Shown here in pieces: positions 48,475-62,931 of a stretch of DNA of 64,000 nt (position 1 is its first letter; each line of letters begins with the position of its first letter). The DNA is from an uncultured Alphaproteobacteria bacterium (lineage in GTDB: Bacteria; Pseudomonadota; Alphaproteobacteria; Rhizobiales; Xanthobacteraceae), in assembly GCA_963707095.1 (NCBI GenBank), contig CAVPOR010000011.1, positions 53,914-117,913 on the forward strand, written 5' to 3'. A model generated the notes under the pieces. The model did not search any database and was not told the DNA's origin. It saw only the letters and a program-made list of their open reading frames with translations. The position numbers and the translations under genes were made by a program.

Positions 48475-50123
48475 ATGAACGCCCCCGTCGCCACCCCAAC
48501 ACCCGCCCTACCACCACACGCCGCTGTTCCCGCTCGGCCCCGACAAGACGCCCTATCGCAAGCTCGAGGTCGGCGGCGTCACGGTCGAGAAGGTCATGGG
48601 CAAGGACGTGCTGGTGGTCGCGCCACGAGACGCTGCGCGCGCTAGCCGAGGCCGCCTTCACCGACATCAATCATCTGCTGCGCCCGGCGCACTTGAAGCA
48701 GCTGCGCAAAATTCTCGACGACCCGGAGGCCTCGCCGAACGACAAGTTCGTCGCCTATGATTTCCTGAAAAACGCCAACATCGCCGCCGGCGGCGTGCTG
48801 CCGATGTGCCAGGACACCGGCACCGCCATCATCATGGGCAAGAAGGGCCGCCTGGTGTTCACCGACGGCTCCGACGAGGCGCGCGCTCGTCCGAGGGCGC
48901 GCGCGACGCCTACCTCAAGCGCAATTTGCGCTATTCGCAGCTGGCGCCGATCTCCATGTTCGAGGAGAAGAACACCAAGTCGAACATGCCGGCGCAGGTC
49001 GAGATCTATGCCGAGGGGGAGGACGCCTACAAATTGCTGTTCATCGCCAAAGGCGGCGGCTCGGCCAACAAGGCGTTTTTGTTCCAGGCGACGCCGTCGA
49101 TCCTGACGCATGACCGCATGCTGGCGTTCCTCAAGGAGAAGGTGCTCACGCTCGGCACCGCGGCGTGCCCGCCTTACCATCTGGCGATCGTGATCGGCGG
49201 CACCTCGGCCGAACTCACCATGAAGACGGTCAAGCTCGCCTCGACGCATTATTACGACGAGCTGCCGACCAAGGGCTCCGAGGACGGCCACGCGTTCCGC
49301 GATCTCGAGATGGAGAAGGAAGTGCTGGCGATGACGCAGTCGACCGGCGTCGGCGCGCAGTTCGGCGGCAAATATTTCTGCCACGACGTGCGCGTCATCC
49401 GGCTGCCGCGCCACGGCGCCTCGCTGCCGATCGGGCTCGGCGTGTCCTGCGCCGCCGACCGCCAGGCGCTCGGCAAGATCACCCGCGACGGCGTGTTCCT
49501 CGAAGAACTCGAGCATCATCCGGCGCAATATCTGCCGGACGTCGATCAGGAGAAACTGGGTGGCGCGGTGGTCAAGGTCGACCTCAACCGGCCGATGAAG
49601 GATGTGCTGGCGCAGCTGTCGAAATATCCGGTCAAGACGCGGCTGTCGCTGACCGGCACCATGATCGTCGCGCGCGATCTGGCGCATGCCAAATTGCGCG
49701 AGCGGCTGGAAAGCGGGCAAGGGGCTGCCGGACTATTTCAAGAACCATCCGATCTATTACGCGGGGCCGGCCAAGACGCCGGCCGGCTATGCCTCGGGCT
49801 CGTTCGGCCCGACCACGGCGGGGCGGATGGATTCGTTCATCGACACGTTCCAGGCGGCCGGCGGCTCGATGATCTCGCTCGCCAAGGGCAACCGCTCGGC
49901 GCAGGTGCGCGACGCCTGCAAGAAGCACGGCGGCTTTTATCTCGCCTCGATCGGCGGCTCGGCGGCCAAACTCGCCGAGCACTGCATCAAGAAAGTCGAG
50001 TGCCAGGAATATCCCGAGCTCGGCATGGAAGCGATCTGGAAGATCGAGGTCGAGGATTTCCCGGCCTTCATCGTCATCGACGACAAGGGCAATGATTTCT
50101 TCAAGGAATTGAATTTGGGTTGA
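48475..50123 (+). CDS. fumA: Class I (Fe-S) fumarate hydratase, five apparent single-base insertions
   Basis: [58 protein letters not shown]; 1649 nt minus 5 = 548 codons. Confidence 0.9.
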
Positions 50124-50146
50124 GACGCGACGGCAACGTCTAATCC

Positions 50147-50262
50147 GTCATTGCCGGGCATGACCCGGCAATCCATGAACGCGCTCGGCGGCGGAATACT
50201 TTCGGTAAGGCTGGAGGACCGGGCGAGTCATCATGGATGCGCGGGTCAAGCCCGCGCATGAC
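50147..50262. repeat. Inverted pair of REP-like palindromes (BIME-like)
   Basis: GTCATTGCCGGGCATGACCCGGCAATCCAT ... ATGGATGCGCGGGTCAAGCCCGCGCATGAC. Confidence 0.75.
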
Positions 50263-50287
50263 AGCCGAGAGGGCCTCCGCTCGCGCC

Positions 50288-50467
50288 TCAAATCACCGCG
50301 ACCGCCACCATCAGCAGCGAGATGCCGACATATTTCGCGGTCTGCATCGGATCGGGGATCTGATCGGCCAGGCCGAACAGCCACAACACGCTCACGCCGC
50401 GATCAGCGCAATACTGCACCAGCGGGATCGCGCTCCACTTCTTCAAAACTGCCAATGTCTTTCGCAT
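50288..50467 (-). CDS. Small membrane protein (59 aa, below the ORF track cutoff)
   Basis: GGAG RBS; MRKTLAVLKKWSAIPLVQYCADRGVSVLWLFGLADQIPDPMQTAKYVGISLLMVAVAVI. Confidence 0.55.
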   Translation of the reverse strand: MRKTLAVLKKWSAIPLVQYCADRGVSVLWLFGLADQIPDPMQTAKYVGISLLMVAVAVI

Positions 50468-50516
50468 AGCACTCCATTTCGCCGCGCCCGGCCCCCGCGG
50501 CTTTGCTCATCATTGT

Positions 50517-50550
50517 TATTGCACTGCAACAATAGCCTATTGCACTGCAA
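50517..50550. promoter_or_regulatory. Tandem operator-like repeats TATTGCACTGCAA (PhaR-type)
   Basis: Exact 13-bp direct repeat at 50517-50529 and 50538-50550, each with the TTGCA-C-TGCAA palindrome. Confidence 0.55.
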
Positions 50551-50624
50551 AAATGCAAATTCGGCCGCCCATTTCCGGCGCGCCGCACGAGGTCGATTGC
50601 CGGCGAGCGGGCATCAGGGCGTCG

Positions 50625-51471
50625 TTAGCTGGCACGCCGCGCTAGGCGCCGTCGGCGTTCAGGGCGGCCGGCCGGCTGCGGCATGTTCTTGGCGAAGACG
50701 CCGAGCGTGATGGCGCGCGCCACGTATTGCGCCAGGCAATTGTAGCCGGCCTCGTTGCGCTCGAATTCCTCGGCCCCGGCTCGGGGCCGCGCGGCCTGCG
50801 CCTGGTTGATGATCTGCATCGCCTCGTAGAAGCGGATCACGATCACGTTTTCCTTGCGCCGCGACGCTGGCGCAAGGTCTCGCGGATCTCGACGTAATGC
50901 GCGTCGCGCAGCATCTGCTTGGCGAATTGCAGGCCGACCAGCACGACGTCGACCTTGTGGCGCTTTGAGCCAATCGATCTGGTCCTTGACCGTGGCGGCG
51001 AATTCTCGGCGCCGGCACATAGGCGAGCGCGTCATTGGTGCCGACCTGCCAGAGCACCAGGTCGGGCTCCTCGAGCGCGACCTCGTTGTTCATGCGGGTC
51101 GCGGCATTGGCGGCGAGTTCGCCGGAGACGCCGCGATTGATCATGACGACGTCGATGCCCTTGAGCGCGTGTTCCAGCATGGCCTCGATCAGCGCGGTGT
51201 AGCCGCCGCCGTGCGCGCTGACGCGGCCGGGCGCCGCGCCCATGGCAAGGATGCGCAGGCTTTTGCGCTGCGCCAGCGCCGCCGCCACGTTGGGCAGCGG
51301 CGATTGCATCGGTCAGCGGCGCTGGCGCCGCGGCTGGCAGGCTTTCGACAACGGCGCCGCAGCGGCGCCGCGGTTTGCGCCTGCGCCGGCGCTGTCGCCG
51401 CTCAGCGCGCTTAGGAGCGCGAGGCAGCAGGCGAGGCGGGTCGTGCGCGTTGTCGCAATTCGGCTAGCCAT
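50625..51471 (-). CDS. SGNH/GDSL hydrolase family protein (several apparent frameshifts)
   Basis: VINRGVSGELA, PDLVLWQVGTNDAL, NEAGYNCLAQYVARAI spread over three frames; ends approximate. Confidence 0.75.
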
Positions 51472-52554
51472 GCGGTGAATGCCATGATGATGATGCCGGA
51501 AATTACCACGGCCGTGTCGACGCCGACAGTGCCGCGGTAGATGAAACGGACGAATTGCGCGGTCAGGCTGAGCAGCGAGCCGACGCAGAACACGTAAAGC
51601 GAATTGCGCCCGAGCATCGCGAACATGCGGATTAAGCGCATCCACCGGATAGTGCAGCGTAAGGCAGCTCCGCGAAGCGGCGGATATAGCGAAAGGCGGC
51701 CGAGAACACCGCGACCAGCGTCAGGAACTGAATGAGCCGCGGCGGCGTCGCCTAGGTCTTGTCGAGCAGGAAGAACAGCTTCGGCTCCGGCACGTCGGTC
51801 GGATCCCACAGGGCAGTCGAATAAAACGGCCATAAGTCAGATAGATCAGGAGCGGCAAGCGCCACGATGCGCACCCAGCGGATATGCCGCCGCACCAGGG
51901 CGCCGAGGCCGGCATCGGCGCGCGCCAGCGACGAAGCCGAGCACGAACACGAATTGCCAGGCCAGCGGGTTGAAGAACCAGGTGCCCGATACCGGCCAGG
52001 TCGGCAGCGTCAGACGGAAGGCGAGCGCCGCCACATAAAGCGCGGCCGGAGGCCGGCAGCAGCAGTTGCGGCGCGAGCCGGTCGATCAGCGCGAAGAACG
52101 GCGCCATCAGCATCAGCACCACGTAGAGCGGCAGGATGTCGAAATAGCCCAGTTGGTGCGAGAGCAAGGCCAGCCCGATATGCGTCGGCACCGGATCGTT
52201 GAACACGGCGGCGGCATTGTGCCATTCGAGCAGCAGCGGATTGTCGAACTCGATCGAGGTCAGCGCCAGCATGGCGATCGCCAGCATGGTGATCAGCACC
52301 TGCGCGGCATAGATTTCCAGCGCGCGGCCGAACAGCCGCAGCATGACGTCGCGCGTCGGCATATGGCGGCCGCCGCCGTCGGCCATCAGCCGCAGCGACC
52401 AGCCGGCGAGGAACACGAACAGGTCGGCGGCGTCCGAGATCGAGAAATTGATCAGCGTGTATTTGCCGTAGACCAGGCCGGGGATGTGGTCGATGAAGAT
52501 GGTGATCAGCGCAAAGCCGCGCCAGAAATCGACCGCATTGGGTTCGCGCGGCAT
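51411..52554 (-). CDS. opgC: OpgC family osmoregulated periplasmic glucan succinyltransferase (several apparent frameshifts)
   Basis: VDFWRGFALITIFIDHIP, SDAADLFVFLAG, DILPLY, WFFNPLAWQ, LGRNSLYVFCVG. Confidence 0.85.
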
Positions 52555-52614
52555 TCCATCACCCCGGGCATCGTGGTGCGTCCGTTGCGATAGTCCGGGC
52601 TGAGGCCGGGGCGG

Positions 52615-53031
52615 TCAAGCGCCGCGTGGTTTTTGGCGATCCGGCCGATGCAGGCGTTTGGATGCGTTGCCGGCCCGGTGCTTGGCGAATGCCATGGCGA
52701 GGCCCAAGGCCTGCGTGCCCAGGCCGACAAACCAGAAGACGACGGCAGCCGTTTTCAATGCGGGCGGCGACAGGTGTCCCAGCAGAGCGGCGGCGCAAAC
52801 CGCCAGCGTGCCAACGAGGCCGACGACCTTCGGCAATCCGGCGGCGGCGTCTGTATCGCCGGCGGCATCGGCTGTCAGGCATGCGGCCGCGCCGGCGAAG
52901 CAGCCGCCGATCAGTCCGGCGGCGATATAAAACTCCTGCGCATAACCAAAGGCTGCGGCAACTTCGGCGACGCCGAAGCCCGCCAGCGCGCTCAAGATGG
53001 CATTGGCAGCCAAGCCGAGAAAACAGCGCAT
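52615..53031 (-). CDS. Hypothetical membrane protein
   Basis: About four hydrophobic segments; no recognisable motif. Confidence 0.45.
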   Translation of the reverse strand: MRCFLGLAANAILSALAGFGVAEVAAAFGYAQEFYIAAGLIGGCFAGAAACLTADAAGDTDAAAGLPKVVGLVGTLAVCAAALLGHLSPPALKTAAVVFWFVGLGTQALGLAMAFAKHRAGNASKRLHRPDRQKPRGA

Positions 53032-53125
53032 AGGGCACCCCAGTTCAAATGCCCCCAAAATCCCCACTACTACCCTAACGTGTATTCTTGCGGCGGCCTA
53101 GTGGTATTTTGGTATGGAAGCCATG

Positions 53126-53713
53126 TTAGAACCCGGTGGCAAAGCGCGCCATGACGACGATGATGGCGACCTGCATGGTGCCCTGCACAGCCACGACACG
53201 TACATAAGTGCGCATCCAGCGCCGGAGCTTCTCATGGTCCGGTCGCTCCTTCTGAATTTCGAAATATAGCTTGAGATTCATCGGCAGCAAATAGCCGAGC
53301 CCTTGCACCGTGAGCACGGTGACGATGGCGAGCGCGGCGATCACCCACCAGAATTGCGGATAACCGAGGTCGAGAAAGCCTAGGCGCACCGCCAGGAACC
53401 AACCGGCGGTTGAGGTGATGGTGGACAATGCCGGCATCAAAATGAGCGTGCGCGGAATGATGCCGGCGATCATGGCGCGGCGGGTATCGAACGAGACATG
53501 ACGCAGCACCGGCCCGATCACGAAGCCCATGAACAAGTCGATGCCGGTCCACAGCGCGCCGATCATCACGTGCACGAAATCCAAAAGCCACAGGCTGGGC
53601 GAGAGGATCGCCGCGATCATCACGGCGATCGCGGCTAACGCCGCCACGATATAGGCCGGCTTTAGCGGCGCGCTAACGCGTGCCGGCGTTCCACTCACTA
53701 CCGCATCGGCCAT
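53126..53713 (-). CDS. Conserved hypothetical integral membrane protein
   Basis: FVHVMIGALWTGIDLFMGFVIGP, multiple TM segments; start at MADAVV after GGAG. Confidence 0.75.
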   Translation of the reverse strand: MADAVVSGTPARVSAPLKPAYIVAALAAIAVMIAAILSPSLWLLDFVHVMIGALWTGIDLFMGFVIGPVLRHVSFDTRRAMIAGIIPRTLILMPALSTITSTAGWFLAVRLGFLDLGYPQFWWVIAALAIVTVLTVQGLGYLLPMNLKLYFEIQKERPDHEKLRRWMRTYVRVVAVQGTMQVAIIVVMARFATGF

Positions 53714-53934
53714 GATGGCGCTCCGGTTGCCGTCTGCAAAGTGCTCGGCAGAAGGCCGTATATCGTCGAACCAGTCGTAATTGTGTTCCAGATCTCTTCT
53801 GAGCATGTGCCTTTCTCCCATTCCTCGCTGCACACGCCAAGAGCGAGTCGGGGGTTACGGCACATACGGAACGGGGAATGGCATCATTTTTCCCTACTTG
53901 TTCCAAGGGTATAATGGTGCCTAAATACCTAAAA

Positions 53935-53967
53935 GAACATATTGCGAACGGAGAACAAATAGTGTAC
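53935..53967 (+). promoter_or_regulatory. Alphaproteobacterial LexA (SOS) boxes
   Basis: GAAC-N7-GAAC at 53935-53949 and GAAC-N7-GTAC at 53953-53967 upstream of recA. Confidence 0.88.
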
Positions 53968-54062
53968 ATTGCTGTCCTCAGATCGATTCTGGCAGCGCGG
54001 CCTTGAGCTTTCCTGGGGCCTTCGTTGTCGGGGGGAAATTTCCCGGCCATAAGGAGCACGAC

Positions 54063-55151
<1,089 letters not shown>

Positions 55152-55460
55152 AACAATAAGTGTAGGGCGCAGCGGCGGCGCCCAGTGCTACCCGCCGCAC
55201 CATTCTGTAATGCGTGTCTCCATAGGTGATGCGTAGAGCATTCGCCCCCGTCGGCACCCGGCTGCGTAAAGCGGCCGCCACCGAGGACGGGGGCGATGTG
55301 CGTTTTGGGCTTCCTTTATCCCCCTGAAGGGGAGGGATAAGAGGGCCTTCCTAGACTTCCCCCACCCCCGCCGCTAAATAGCACCCCAGCAAAACATCAA
55401 GCCGGACGGGGATTTAGCCTCTCCCTGGGCCGGATCGGGGCGGGCCAACCGGCGTTTCAG

Positions 55461-58136
<2,676 letters not shown>

Positions 58137-58141
58137 GCATC

Positions 58142-58618
58142 GTGACCGCGTTCACCGTCACGCATTGGGACAAAGCCGAGCGGCTCGACGAACTGCTTGC
58201 CGTCGTGCACAGCGCATTCCGCGACTTCGAGCCGCCATCCGGCGTGCTCAACGAGACGCTTGAGCACCTGACCGCGCGCTTCCGCAGCGAAACTTTTCTG
58301 GTCGCGCAGGCGGGCGGCGACATCATCGGCAGTATTTTTTGCGCGCGCAAAGACGGCGCGCTTTATCTCACGCGCATGGCGGTGTTGCCGGACTGGCGCA
58401 AGCGCGGCGTCGGCCGCGCGTTAATGGCGGCGGTGGAAGCGGAAGCCCGCCGGATCGGAGCGGCGCGGTTGACGTTACGGGTCCGTAAAAACCTGCCCGG
58501 CAATCGCGTTTATTTCGAGCGTTTCGGCTTCGCCGTCACCGGCGAGGGCGCCGACCCTGGCCGTCCGCCTTACGACGCGATGGAGCTACGGCTTTCGCAG
58601 AAACACATAGTCGGTTGA
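58142..58618 (+). CDS. GNAT family N-acetyltransferase
   Basis: MAVLPDWRKRGVGRALM acetyl-CoA motif, YFERFGF. Confidence 0.88.
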   Translation: MTAFTVTHWDKAERLDELLAVVHSAFRDFEPPSGVLNETLEHLTARFRSETFLVAQAGGDIIGSIFCARKDGALYLTRMAVLPDWRKRGVGRALMAAVEAEARRIGAARLTLRVRKNLPGNRVYFERFGFAVTGEGADPGRPPYDAMELRLSQKHIVG

Positions 58619-59047
58619 ATAGGCGACGCTGGCCAGCGCGCCGGCTTTGTCGCATGCCCCGCTCGGCGCGACACCGTCACGCGTGTTGATCCGCAAGATG
58701 GTCGTTGCGTCCGAAAGCAGGCCCTTGCCGCGGTGCTCCGTCACGTCGAGCTTGAGCCAGGGAATGTCATCGGCGCCGGGCGCGGGCGCCCGCGCGCTCA
58801 ACTTGCCGACGACCGCGCTGCCGTCGGTGTGTTCCCAGTTCGGGCCGGCATAGTGACGGCCGACGGTTTTGCCGTCGAGCAAGAGCGTGGCGATCGGCTC
58901 GCGCGCCGCCCAGCCAAGCTGTCCGTTATCGCCGGCTTTGCACTCGTAGATTTGCGCGCCTTGCGCATGCAGCGTCACGACCACGGTTTCGCCCGGGGCG
59001 GCAATCGCCTTGGGTAGGTTCGAAAGGTTTGCCGGCTGCCCCACCAT
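58586..59047 (-). CDS. DUF3455 domain protein
   Basis: AQGAQIYEC, GRHYAGPNW, DIPWLKL, RINTRDG, YSTDYVF. Confidence 0.85.
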   Translation of the reverse strand: MVGQPANLSNLPKAIAAPGETVVVTLHAQGAQIYECKAGDNGQLGWAAREPIATLLLDGKTVGRHYAGPNWEHTDGSAVVGKLSARAPAPGADDIPWLKLDVTEHRGKGLLSDATTILRINTRDGVAPSGACDKAGALASVAYSTDYVFLRKP

Positions 59048-59057
59048 GGAATCTCCG

Positions 59058-60269
59058 TCAGGCCATCGCCTTTTTCAGGTTCTCGTCGACTTTGTCGAGG
59101 AATCCGGTGGTGGACAGCCACTTCTGATCGGCGCCGACCAGCAGCGCCAAATCCTTGGTCATGAAGCCGGCTTCCACGGTGTCGACGCAGACCTTCTCTA
59201 GCGTCGCAGCGAACTTCGCCAGCGCTGCGTTGTTGTCGAGCTTGGCGCGATGCGTGAGTCCGCGCGTCCAGGCGAAGATCGAGGCGATCGAATTGGTCGA
59301 GGTCTCGCGGCCCTTCTGGTGTTCGCGGTAATGACGCGTCACGGTGCCGTGCGCGGCTTCCGCTTCCACGACCTTGCCGTCCGGCGTCAGCAGAACCGAC
59401 GTCATCAGGCCGAGCGAGCCGAAGCCCTGCGCCACGGTGTCGGATTGCACGTCGCCGTCGTAGTTCTTGCAGGCCCAGACATAGCCGCCCGACCATTTCA
59501 GCGCCGCCGCCACCATGTCGTCGATCAGCCGGTGCTCATAAGTGAGCTTCATGGCGGCGAACTTGTCCTTGAACTCCTTGTCGAACACTTCCTGGAACAG
59601 CTCCATGAAGCGGCCGTCGTATTGCTTAAGGATGGTGTTCTTGGTGGACAGATAGAGCGGATAGCCGCGGCCGAGCGCGTAGTTCATCGAGGCGCGGGCG
59701 AAGTCGCGGATCGAGCCGTCGAGATTGTACATCGCCATCGTGACGCCGCTTTCGGGCGCCTTGAACACTTCGTGCTCGATTACCTTGCCGTCGTCGCCGA
59801 CGAATTTGATCGAGATCGTGCCCTTGGTCGGAAACTTGAAATCGGTGGCGCGGTACTGGTCGCCGTAGGCGTGGCGGCCGATGATGATCGGCTTGGTCCA
59901 GCCTGGCACCAGGCGCGGTACGTTCTTGCAGATGATCGGTTCGCGGAAAATCGTGCCGCCCAAGATGTTGCGGATGGTGCCGTTGGGCGAGCGCCACATT
60001 TTCTTGAGGTTGAATTCCTTCACCCGGCCTTCGTCGGGGGTGATGGTGGCGCATTTGACCGCGACGCCGACTTTCTTGGTCATTTCGGCGGAGTCGATGG
60101 TGATCTGGTCGTTGGTCTCATCCCGTTTCTGGACGCTGAGATCGTAATAAAGCAGGTCGATATCGAGATAGGGATGGATCAGCTTGTCCTTGATAAGCTG
60201 CCAGATGATGCGGGTCATCTCGTCGCCGTCCATTTCGACGACGGGGTTAGCCACCTTGATCTTCGCCAT
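59058..60269 (-). CDS. icd: NADP-dependent isocitrate dehydrogenase
   Basis: [38 protein letters not shown]. Confidence 0.98.
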   Translation of the reverse strand: MAKIKVANPVVEMDGDEMTRIIWQLIKDKLIHPYLDIDLLYYDLSVQKRDETNDQITIDSAEMTKKVGVAVKCATITPDEGRVKEFNLKKMWRSPNGTIRNILGGTIFREPIICKNVPRLVPGWTKPIIIGRHAYGDQYRATDFKFPTKGTISIKFVGDDGKVIEHEVFKAPESGVTMAMYNLDGSIRDFARASMNYALGRGYPLYLSTKNTILKQYDGRFMELFQEVFDKEFKDKFAAMKLTYEHRLIDDMVAAALKWSGGYVWACKNYDGDVQSDTVAQGFGSLGLMTSVLLTPDGKVVEAEAAHGTVTRHYREHQKGRETSTNSIASIFAWTRGLTHRAKLDNNAALAKFAATLEKVCVDTVEAGFMTKDLALLVGADQKWLSTTGFLDKVDENLKKAMA

Positions 60270-60412
60270 TTCGGATAAAACCTTTTGATCAGTTGCGCGG
60301 ACGGTTGCCGGCGGGCGTGCCTATAGCATCCGAGCAAGCGCTGTCAAAGCGGGCAATTATGCCATTCTTTCCCGGCGGCGGGCCCGCTATACCCGCCGCA
60401 CGGAGGATTTTG

Positions 60413-61606
60413 ATGCCCGGAGCCGGCACCGACAAGACCAAGCGCTGGAGCGTTGAGCCTGCGCCGATCGTCGTTCTGGTCGAGCCGCAGCTTGGCGAGA
60501 ACATCGGCGCGGCCGCGCGCGCCATGGCCAATTTCGGGCTTTCACGTCTAAGGCTGGTCAAGCCGGTGCGCGGCTGGCCGAACGAGAAGGCGCGCGTGAT
60601 GGCGGCCGGCGCCGATCGCGTGCTGGATGCTGCGACCCTGCACGACAGCCTGGCCGACGCCATCGGCGATTGCACATTTGTGCTCGCCGCGACCGCGCGC
60701 AATCACGACCAAGCCAAGCCGGTGATCGGGGCGGCGGAAGCGGCGGCGGAAATGGCGCCGCGCGTCGCCGGTGGAGAGAACGTCGCCATCGTGTTCGGAC
60801 GCGAGCGCAACGGGCTCGAAAACCACGAGGTCGCGCGCGCCGACCGTATTCTCACGTTGCCGGTCAATCCGGCCTTCGCCTCGCTCAACCTGGCGCAGGC
60901 GGTGGTGATCGTGGGTTATGAATGGTTCAAACTCGCGGGCGGCGAATTGCCGTTCGCAGCGCAGGAGAGATCGCCGCCGGTCGCCAAGCAGCAGCTCGAC
61001 GCGTTCTTTTCCGATTTGGAGCGCGAACTCGACAAAGTTGAGTTTTTCCGGCCTGAGGAAAAGCGTGGGGTCATGGCGGTGAACCTGCGCAATATTTTCC
61101 AGCGTATCGCGCCCTCGCAGCAGGACATCCGCACGCTGCACGGCGTGGTCACGGCGCTGGTGCAGGGACGAAAAGGGCCGGCGCGCGGCGGCGTGCTCGA
61201 CGGTGAAGGCGCCGCGCGTCTGCGCGAACTGCTGGCCGAGCATGGCGCGGCCCGCGCGCCGTCCGAGCGCACGCCGTTGCGCGGATTGCCGCGGCTGCTG
61301 CGCAGGAACCCGACCGACGCCGAACGCGCGCTCTGGCAGGCGCTGGTCAATGACCGCCGCTTTGCGGGACTGGGCTTCAAGCGGCAGGTGCCGGTCGGCC
61401 CCCACATCGCCGATTTCGTCTCGTTCCCGCTCAAATGCGTGATCGAACTGGTCCCGCCTGCCGAGAACAAAGCGGCCGCGGCCACGCGCAGCGAGAAGCA
61501 CGCCTGGCTGGCGGCGCATGACTATAGGGTTATCGAAGTAAAGGCGGCGGACGTCAAAAAAGACGTGGCGGCGATACTGGATCGCCTCGCGGCGTCAGCC
61601 CTTTAG
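60413..61606 (+). CDS. trmJ: TrmJ/LasT-family SPOUT RNA methyltransferase fused to a DUF559 (Vsr-like) domain
   Basis: GENIGAAARAMANFG, FGRERNGL, SLNLAQAV; C-terminal LRRNPTDAERALW, FKRQVPVGPHIADF. Confidence 0.85.
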   Translation: MPGAGTDKTKRWSVEPAPIVVLVEPQLGENIGAAARAMANFGLSRLRLVKPVRGWPNEKARVMAAGADRVLDAATLHDSLADAIGDCTFVLAATARNHDQAKPVIGAAEAAAEMAPRVAGGENVAIVFGRERNGLENHEVARADRILTLPVNPAFASLNLAQAVVIVGYEWFKLAGGELPFAAQERSPPVAKQQLDAFFSDLERELDKVEFFRPEEKRGVMAVNLRNIFQRIAPSQQDIRTLHGVVTALVQGRKGPARGGVLDGEGAARLRELLAEHGAARAPSERTPLRGLPRLLRRNPTDAERALWQALVNDRRFAGLGFKRQVPVGPHIADFVSFPLKCVIELVPPAENKAAAATRSEKHAWLAAHDYRVIEVKAADVKKDVAAILDRLAASAL

Positions 61607-62365
61607 CACCTTCATCTGCGTGCCAAGCCCATCGCGGAAGAAGCCGAGGTCGCTGCCGACCGCGAGATAACCGAATCCGCGCTTCGACATTTTCACCGCG
61701 CGCTCGGCATTGGCGCAATAAAGCCCCGCCACCTTGCCGGCCTTTTTCGCCGCCGCCACGATGGTATCGAGCGCGGCCTCGACCTCCTTCGACACCGGAT
61801 CGAGCACGGCGCCATTGCTCATCGTGATCGAGAGATCGGACGGACCGACGAACAGCACGTCGATACCCTGGGTCGCGGCAATCGCCTCGACATTGGCCAG
61901 CGCAGTGCGGGTTTCGATCATGGCGATGGTGACCGTCATGTCGTTGGCGTCGCGCAGATAGGCTTTCGGGTCGGCGAAGCTGCCCAGCATCATGGCGCGG
62001 TTGGGCCCCCAGCTGCGTTCGCCCAGGGGAGGGAACTTGGCGACGGCCACGAACTTGCGCGCGTCCTCGACGGTGTTGATCATCGGCGCGACGATGCCTT
62101 CGGCGCCCATGTCGAGCGCGCGGCTGACAAGCGCAAAATCGTTATAGGGAATGCGCACGATCGGCGCCGCGCCGATGGCGTGAATGGCGCCGATGCCGGT
62201 GACGCATGCCGCGAAGTCCCACATACCGTGCTGCATGTCGATCGCCACCGCGGAAAAACCGTCGCGCGCCAGCACCTCAAGCAGGATCGGCGCGGGCAGC
62301 GCACTCCAGCCGCTGTAGATCGTTTCGCCCGCGCGCAGCCGGCGGGCCAGCGTAAAGGCCGCCAC
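61595..62365 (-). CDS. HpcH/HpaI aldolase family protein
   Basis: IDMQHG, ALDMGAEGIVAPMI, AMIET, DVLFVGPSDL; GTG start just after the zeta gene stop. Confidence 0.9.
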   Translation of the reverse strand: MAAFTLARRLRAGETIYSGWSALPAPILLEVLARDGFSAVAIDMQHGMWDFAACVTGIGAIHAIGAAPIVRIPYNDFALVSRALDMGAEGIVAPMINTVEDARKFVAVAKFPPLGERSWGPNRAMMLGSFADPKAYLRDANDMTVTIAMIETRTALANVEAIAATQGIDVLFVGPSDLSITMSNGAVLDPVSKEVEAALDTIVAAAKKAGKVAGLYCANAERAVKMSKRGFGYLAVGSDLGFFRDGLGTQMKVLKG

Positions 62366-62366
62366 C

Positions 62367-62687
62367 TCAGCCGCTCGCTTTGATCTGCGCGATTGCCTGC
62401 GCCATGAATTCGTCCATCTGCGCGCGCACGGCCTGCTCGGTGACGCCTTTGCCGGCGAGATCCTTGGCAACTTTATGCAAAACGTCGTGATCGCCGGCCT
62501 TCTCGAAGTCGGCCATAACGACGTCCTTGGCATAGGTCTGGGCCTCTAGGCCGGAAAGCCCCATCTTTTCAGCGGCCCACAGGCCGAGCAGCTTGTTGCG
62601 GCGCGCGCCGGCCTTGAACTTAAGCTCCTCGTCATGCGCGAATTTTTTCTCGAAGCCGTCTTCGCGCTTGTCGAACGTCGTGGCCAT
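62367..62687 (-). CDS. F1Fo-ATPase inhibitor zeta subunit (DUF1476)
   Basis: TTFDKREDGFEKKFAHDEELKFKA.ARRNKLLGLWAAE. Confidence 0.92.
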   Translation of the reverse strand: MATTFDKREDGFEKKFAHDEELKFKAGARRNKLLGLWAAEKMGLSGLEAQTYAKDVVMADFEKAGDHDVLHKVAKDLAGKGVTEQAVRAQMDEFMAQAIAQIKASG

Positions 62688-62931
62688 GCCGCCCTCGTTG
62701 TTACACACTTGAAGCCGCCGCCTTGCATAACGCTGCGTCAGCGTCAAGGCAACATGCGGCAGCGTTGATGACGTGAATCCAGCAAGTGGAAAACGTGCGC
62801 CGCCCTCGATTGTGCTGCCTAAAATGATCAGCTAGGTTGACCTCGTGCCCGGACGGCTTTAGCGCATTTGCAGAAGTCCGGTCCCGCCGCCGCGGATCTT
62901 TAAGACGACGCCAACAGGAGCCACGGCATCC

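Noticed and set aside
55152-55460. T-box or riboswitch upstream of alaS
   Set aside because: No T-box consensus is visible; the region holds only degenerate palindromic repeat remnants (for example near 55311-55345).
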